From NCBI GenBank assembly GCA_041742355.1, contig JBGSIV010000108.1:1-21887 (forward strand): a DNA stretch of 21,887 nt, read 5' to 3'. Within the stretch, counting starts at the first letter, position 1. Every line of letters begins with the position of its first letter. Below are positions 17,241 to 21,887 of the stretch, in pieces. The notes beneath the pieces are model-generated. The model was not told where the DNA came from. It saw only the letters and a list, made by a program, of their open reading frames with translations, and did no database searches. Source of the stretch: Candidatus Zixiibacteriota bacterium. Lineage in GTDB: Bacteria; Zixibacteria; MSB-5A5; GN15; FEB-12. The translations under genes were made by a program, and so were the position numbers.

Positions 17241-18287
17241 TCAATCCCCTGCAGTTCCCAACTGCCTCCGCTTCTCCAATTGCCGATCAAAGAACAACCA
17301 GATTTCCTCCGGTGCGTTCACCTCGCTGCTGGTTCGGCCGTACAGACGCGGGAACTCGAACCGGTCCTGCGGAATCGTATGCCCTCCGCCGTGCACGACG
17401 AGCAGGTTCACCTCCGGACGGTCGGGCGCATTCCAGCAAATGCGCTCCACCCAGGTATCCTCGAGCGTGTCTCGCTCAGGGAATCGCTCGATAACCGGCT
17501 CCCCGTCGTACCCGGCCACGCGAGCGAAGTACTCGGCAGTCTCATGCATCGACAGCACCGTTCCCCGGTTGCCCATACCGAAGATCGTCACCGCGCCCCC
17601 CTGGAACGGATTTATCGGATCGTCCGTTCCGGCCACCAGTAGTAGAGGCACTCCCATACCTGGTCTGGGACAGTCGCAGTTGTCGTCGGTCGGCAGGGCC
17701 GAACCGATCACTGCGGCCCCTGCAATCTCATGGGGTATCTCAAGTGCCAGACGGTATACGAGATGTGCGCCATTGGAGAAGCCCACGGCGAAGGCGGCTG
17801 ACGGGTCGGCCCCGTAGTCATCAGCGAACCGACGCACCAGACCCCGCACCAACCCGACATCGTTGATCCCGAGCTTTCGGGCCGAGTACGGTGCGGCGCG
17901 GCGGCAATCGTTCCAGTGCCGCTCGTAGCCATCCGGATAGACGACGATGAACCCGCGCTGATCGGCGAGTTCGTCGAGTTCATAGGCGAGGTGCTCGCGC
18001 ATTTCTTCCCCGCTTGATCGCGAGCCGTGAAACGCCAGCACCAGCGGCGGGTTCTCGGCGAGGTTAACGGGCACGTAGTACGCAAAGGTCCTGATGATTT
18101 CCCCCATGCGCAGCACACCGCGCCGCAGCTCGCCGTGAAACTTCGGTTTCGCCGGCTCCTCGTAGTGCAGGAACGCTCCGTAGCCGGCTGCAGCCGCAAT
18201 CACGAGCACCGTGGCAATGGCGACACCGGCATATGCGGCCACGTGGCGCCAGCGTCCCTCCGGATCCTCATTCTCATTCCACGCCAT
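17241..18287 (-). CDS. Membrane-anchored alpha/beta hydrolase, PHB-depolymerase/LpqC-type esterase
   Basis: N-terminal TM helix, LVLAFHG, VVYPDG..HWND, nucleophile elbow GFSNG, GTDDP, GGGHTIP. Confidence 0.88.
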   Translation of the reverse strand: MAWNENEDPEGRWRHVAAYAGVAIATVLVIAAAAGYGAFLHYEEPAKPKFHGELRRGVLRMGEIIRTFAYYVPVNLAENPPLVLAFHGSRSSGEEMREHLAYELDELADQRGFIVVYPDGYERHWNDCRRAAPYSARKLGINDVGLVRGLVRRFADDYGADPSAAFAVGFSNGAHLVYRLALEIPHEIAGAAVIGSALPTDDNCDCPRPGMGVPLLLVAGTDDPINPFQGGAVTIFGMGNRGTVLSMHETAEYFARVAGYDGEPVIERFPERDTLEDTWVERICWNAPDRPEVNLLVVHGGGHTIPQDRFEFPRLYGRTSSEVNAPEEIWLFFDRQLEKRRQLGTAGD

Positions 18288-18327
18288 CGCGTCTCCTCTG
18301 TGCCTGGTCCCCGCCGGTAACGCGATG

Positions 18328-19746
18328 TCAGTGTTCCGCGGTCGCCGCCTGCGTCGCCGGAGCGATGTTCTGGTTGAACCGGAACAGGTTTCCCGGATCG
18401 TACTTCGCCTTGATCGACTGCAGGCGTTCGTAGTTGCCCCGGTAGGTCGCCTGAACCCTTTCCGTCCCTTCCTCCATCATGAAGTTCACATATGCCCCGC
18501 CCAGGGAGTAGGGATGCAGTTCCTCCCAGTAGGACTGTGCCCAGGATCTGATCTCACCGGCTCCCGACGGCTCCGGGTGGATTCCCGCGATCACCATCGA
18601 CCACCGGGCCTCGCGATAGCTGAAAGCCGTTGCATTCGAGGGTACGCGCGAGGCCGCTCCATCCACCGGGTAGAGGTGCATGGTCGATATTCCTCCAGGG
18701 ATTATCGCGCCGAACCGCTGGTGAATGGCGATCGCTTCGTCCGGGAGGTGATCGAAGAAGTCGCCTTTCCAGTACCACTGCAGGCCGGGCGGAATGAGCG
18801 GATCGAACATGCTCTGGAGAGCCGGGAACGGCATGGGCCCGACCATGTCGATCAGCGGTTTGGGCAGCATCCGCCGGATTTCGTCCATGAGGCGCATCCC
18901 ATCCTCAACCGCCCCAGAGTAACACCACACGATGCCACACACCGGTCGCCCGTGGTGCTCGGTCGGGAAGAAGGGCGCCGGAGGTACCCGCAGCATCGCC
19001 GGGAATCCGTACATCGTGTCCGGCGCGCTCGGATGATACTCCCGATACCAGTGCAGAATGTCCGTCGTCTGCTCCAACGGCCACAGCATCGGTCCCGCAA
19101 CCACCGTGCTTACCGGATGAGCCCGGAAGAGAAACGAGGTCACGACGCCGAAATTTCCCCCGCCTCCGCGGATCGCCCAGAACAGGTCGGCGTTCTCCTG
19201 CTCACTCGCCCGCACCATCTCCCCGTTCGCCAGAACGACGTCCGCCTCAATCAGGTTGTCAATTGTCAACCCCCATCGCCGGACGAGATAGCCGTGCCCT
19301 CCACCCAACGTCAATCCCCCGATGCCCGTATTCGCCACCGTCCCGGCCGGCACCGCGAGGCCGAACGCATGGGTCGCGTGGTCAACCTCTCCCTGCGTGC
19401 ACCCGCCATCGACCCGGACCTGACGGTTCCAGGGGTCTACCCGTATTCCCTTCATCCGCGATAAGTCGATCGTGAGACCGCCATCGCACAGAGCCAACCC
19501 GGCGCCATTGTGTCCCCCTCCTCGAATCGACACCGGCAGGTCCACACTGCGTGCGTACTGAACCGCCGCGATCACATCGGCTGCGTCCCGGCACTGGGCA
19601 ATGAGCGCCGGCCGACGGTCGATCATCGCGTTGTATACCCGACGCTCAGTGTCGTAGGCCGGATGCCCCGGGTCGATCAACTCCCCCCGAAAGGCCACTC
19701 GGAGGCGCGACAGCTCCTCCGGCTTGCCAAGGGTCTGTTCTGCCAT
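18328..19746 (-). CDS. FAD-binding oxidoreductase, VAO/berberine-bridge-enzyme family (472 aa)
   Basis: RGGGHN (FAD-linking His), TGIGGLTLGGGHG, DLFWAIRGGGGNFGVVT, YVNF, KAKYDPGNLF; start ATG 19746 after AAGGAG. Confidence 0.94.
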   Translation of the reverse strand: MAEQTLGKPEELSRLRVAFRGELIDPGHPAYDTERRVYNAMIDRRPALIAQCRDAADVIAAVQYARSVDLPVSIRGGGHNGAGLALCDGGLTIDLSRMKGIRVDPWNRQVRVDGGCTQGEVDHATHAFGLAVPAGTVANTGIGGLTLGGGHGYLVRRWGLTIDNLIEADVVLANGEMVRASEQENADLFWAIRGGGGNFGVVTSFLFRAHPVSTVVAGPMLWPLEQTTDILHWYREYHPSAPDTMYGFPAMLRVPPAPFFPTEHHGRPVCGIVWCYSGAVEDGMRLMDEIRRMLPKPLIDMVGPMPFPALQSMFDPLIPPGLQWYWKGDFFDHLPDEAIAIHQRFGAIIPGGISTMHLYPVDGAASRVPSNATAFSYREARWSMVIAGIHPEPSGAGEIRSWAQSYWEELHPYSLGGAYVNFMMEEGTERVQATYRGNYERLQSIKAKYDPGNLFRFNQNIAPATQAATAEH

Positions 19747-19875
19747 GCAAGTTCTCTCCTTTGGGTCGCTATGATATAAGGTGATGCCCGGCTGATCGAA
19801 TCTGCAGTTGAAGAACCTCCATGTAGGACGCATGAACAGACTAATCTTATTGCGGGAAACTTCCCCTGCAGGGAC

Positions 19876-19902
19876 AAAAAAAGCCGCCGGGATCCGGCGG
19901 CT
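19876..19902 (-). terminator. Intrinsic terminator after the YfiR-like gene
   Basis: Minus strand AGCCGCCGG-atc-CCGGCGGCT followed by a T tract. Confidence 0.85.
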
Positions 19903-19933
19903 GGGCAGTTGCTTTCGATGCTTTAAAGCGGCG

Positions 19934-20470
19934 CTACTCGATAACCTTGGCAATCTTGCTCAGAGCAGGGCTCACCTGAAATCCCCCCCCTTTGAGCGAG
20001 GTCGCATTAATCTCAATTCCCACTTTCGAGCCGTCGCCAGCCGATTTCGCGAAATTCACCATGCAACCAAGCTGTCCGAATCCTTCTGCTGCTCCCACGA
20101 CCAGCGTCCCGCGATCCTTCAGGAGCTTCAGAGCTCTCTCGACCGCAGTATTGTTGGAATCAGCCACCAACAGCACATGAGAATTGCCCGGCATGTCCGA
20201 CGGTTCCACTTCGCGGACCTTGTACTTCTTTCCATCCGGCGTCGCCTGTCCGCTCAGCTTCATAAGCGGCCCGTTCACCGCTGATGTGCCGATTATGGTG
20301 ATCACCAGCAACTGCCCATTCCCCTCGTAGTTGCCGGTCGGCCAGGTGACGTACTTCTCTATGTTGCCAATCACTTTGGCTATGTAGTCGGCATCTGTCT
20401 CGGTCAGCGGCTCGGCCAAGACCAGCGGCGCCAGCGCGACCAAAGCGGCCAGCAGCATGGATCTCCTCAT
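19934..20470 (-). CDS. YfiR/DUF4154-like periplasmic protein
   Basis: Signal peptide, NIEKYVTWP (compare NFAKFVEWP), TLVVG, GCMVNF, IEIN....GFQVSPALSKIAKVI (compare FEIN....GLxISSxLLxLA). Start ATG 20470 (GAGGA RBS) or 20485. Confidence 0.8.
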   Translation of the reverse strand: MRRSMLLAALVALAPLVLAEPLTETDADYIAKVIGNIEKYVTWPTGNYEGNGQLLVITIIGTSAVNGPLMKLSGQATPDGKKYKVREVEPSDMPGNSHVLLVADSNNTAVERALKLLKDRGTLVVGAAEGFGQLGCMVNFAKSAGDGSKVGIEINATSLKGGGFQVSPALSKIAKVIE

Positions 20471-20568
20471 CGTCGTCTTCCTCATCCTGGTACGTCCATC
20501 CCTTCCAATATCACAGGTCAGCCCCGCCGGGATTGAAGACCGCACGGCGGACAGTATACATACTTCTT

Positions 20569-20594
20569 CTATCGGTAACGCCCCTGCTGCTTTA
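20569..20594 (-). promoter_or_regulatory. Candidate sigma28 (FliA) promoter for the YfiR-like gene
   Basis: TAAA-N14-ACCGATAG versus consensus TAAA-N15-GCCGATAA; spacer one base short. Confidence 0.45.
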
Positions 20595-20623
20595 TACTCC
20601 GTGACTGCCGTTTCTCACCCATC

Positions 20624-20639
20624 CGGTACGGCCTGCGCA
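20624..20639 (+). promoter_or_regulatory. Candidate sigma54 promoter for the chemoreceptor gene
   Basis: CGGTACGGCCTGCGCA has GG-N10-GC spacing and is 12/16 identical to the flagellar operon site TGGCACAGCCTGTGCA. Confidence 0.35.
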
Positions 20640-20837
20640 ACTCCTGAGCAACATGTACGGCTACCTGTCAATTTCCAACAAGAAGCTATGAGCCTCCCCC
20701 CGGTTCCGCCCGATTACATGGGCATAGCGAGTCCTTTCGAACAGATATCCCAGTGCCGGCTAAGCCTCAAGGAGCTGTGACTGCGCAGCCTGACTGGCCG
20801 GCCCGGACCAACCCGGGGGCAACATTGAGGAGGAGCA

Positions 20838-21887
20838 GTGAAGTCGTTTCATTCCATTACGTTTCAAACGATTGGCGTGGTCACCGCGGTCGGCATCATC
20901 ATCGGGCTCATCCTGGCCGTGCTCACTCCCCAGAAGGCCGCCAACCTCGGTAACCAAGTCCTGACCAATGATACGCGCTTCATTACGGGTCTGCTAGCCG
21001 AAAACCTCGCCCTCGGCGTTGAGAGCATGGTGCTTGACGACGGTCAGTCGCTGGAGCAGTCCCTCGTGGCGCTGCGCGAACAAAACGACCGGAGCCAGCA
21101 CTCTCTGGCCGATGTCCAGGTCTTCGATACAAAGGGTAACTTGTTGGCGGCCTTGAACGAAAATACAGGAACCGCTGCGGCCGTGGCCGCCGTAACCGCC
21201 ATGACTCTCGAGGAAACCGACAGCACCATTCAGGTTACGACTCCCCTGCAGGACCAGCAGCAAAACATCATAGGCACCGTGCAGGTCCAGTTCTCCAAGG
21301 CCTTCCTTACCGAGCAGGCCGCCAGTTACCGGTGGTTCGCCATCTTCACCGCACTCGGTGCCATGGTTATCGCCTCCCTGGCAGGATACCTTCTCAGCCA
21401 GACCATCGCCCGACCGTTGCGCCAGATCTCCCTTGCCGCGGAAGCGATCGCCAGCGGCGACATCGAACAGCAGATCAACGTCAAGTCCAGGAACGAAATC
21501 GGGCGCCTCGCAGCTGCCTTCTTCCGCCTCATCGACTACCTGCAGGAGATGAGCAACGCCGCGCGTGAAATTGCCCGCAACAACCTCACCGTCACCGTCA
21601 TCCCGCGCTCCGACAAAGATGAATTGGGCAAGTCCTTCAACACGATGGTGCGCAATCTGACGGCTGTAATCCACGAAGTCACCGAGAACGCCGATAACCT
21701 CGCCCAGTCGTCCGCACGCCTTGGCGCGCTGTCCAAGTCGATGCTCACCGGCGCCGACAGCCAGCAGCAGCAGGTGACCCAGGTCTCCGCCGCCATCCAG
21801 CAGATGGCCGCCACGATCGAGGAGTCATCCCGCCATGCCGGCGACGCCGCCAATGCCTCCCAGCAGGCAGCCGGCACGGCCGACTCC
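20838..21887 (+). CDS. Methyl-accepting chemotaxis protein, 3'-truncated by the window (not in ORF track)
   Basis: GAGGAGGAG RBS and GTG 20838, open to the window end: MKSFHSITFQTIGVVTAVGIIIGLILAVL (TM1), periplasmic domain, TM2 WFAIFTALGAMVIASLAGYLLS, HAMP (IARPLRQI...RNEIGRL), second HAMP (RSDKDELGKSFNTM), then QQQQVTQVSAAIQQMAATIEE entering the MCP signalling domain. Confidence 0.92.
   Translation, partial: MKSFHSITFQTIGVVTAVGIIIGLILAVLTPQKAANLGNQVLTNDTRFITGLLAENLALGVESMVLDDGQSLEQSLVALREQNDRSQHSLADVQVFDTKGNLLAALNENTGTAAAVAAVTAMTLEETDSTIQVTTPLQDQQQNIIGTVQVQFSKAFLTEQAASYRWFAIFTALGAMVIASLAGYLLSQTIARPLRQISLAAEAIASGDIEQQINVKSRNEIGRLAAAFFRLIDYLQEMSNAAREIARNNLTVTVIPRSDKDELGKSFNTMVRNLTAVIHEVTENADNLAQSSARLGALSKSMLTGADSQQQQVTQVSAAIQQMAATIEESSRHAGDAANASQQAAGTADS

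Noticed and set aside
20700..20837. c-di-GMP riboswitch upstream of the MCP
   Set aside because: GGCTAAG resembles part of the class I P3 region, but the GCAAA and GNRA-loop P2 elements are missing.
20994..21877. Minus-strand ORFs of 226 aa and 113 aa
   Set aside because: They are antisense to the MCP, which the track missed because it has no stop codon inside the window.
1..21887. CRISPR arrays, IS elements, integrases, tRNA/rRNA, defence systems
   Set aside because: No regularly spaced repeats, transposase/integrase motifs or RNA-gene signatures were seen by eye.

Overview
High-GC bacterial window. Bases 1-9760 hold a minus-strand flagellar operon (motE/flbB-like, fliK, flgD, flagellar operon protein, an enlarged flgE, a diverged flbD/swrD-like ORF, fliL, fliM, fliN, fliO, fliP, fliQ). 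It starts at its own sigma54-type promoter and has no motA/motB. Divergent from it is an RRM RNA-binding protein gene with a sigma70 promoter, a long structured leader and a bidirectional terminator. Next come two small oppositely charged hypothetical proteins that look like paralogs, an archaeal-type nucleotide kinase, a GT4 glycosyltransferase/amylo-alpha-1,6-glucosidase pair, mtaB, a PHB-depolymerase-type esterase and a BBE-type FAD oxidoreductase. At the right end an orphan YfiR/DUF4154-like gene lies divergent from a methyl-accepting chemotaxis protein (absent from the ORF track, truncated by the window) whose periplasmic domain resembles the YfiN CHASE8-type sensor. That possible YfiR-chemoreceptor module is the best candidate for an undescribed system. 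No mobile element, CRISPR array, rRNA or tRNA was recognised. All family assignments come from motif recognition by eye, not database searches.
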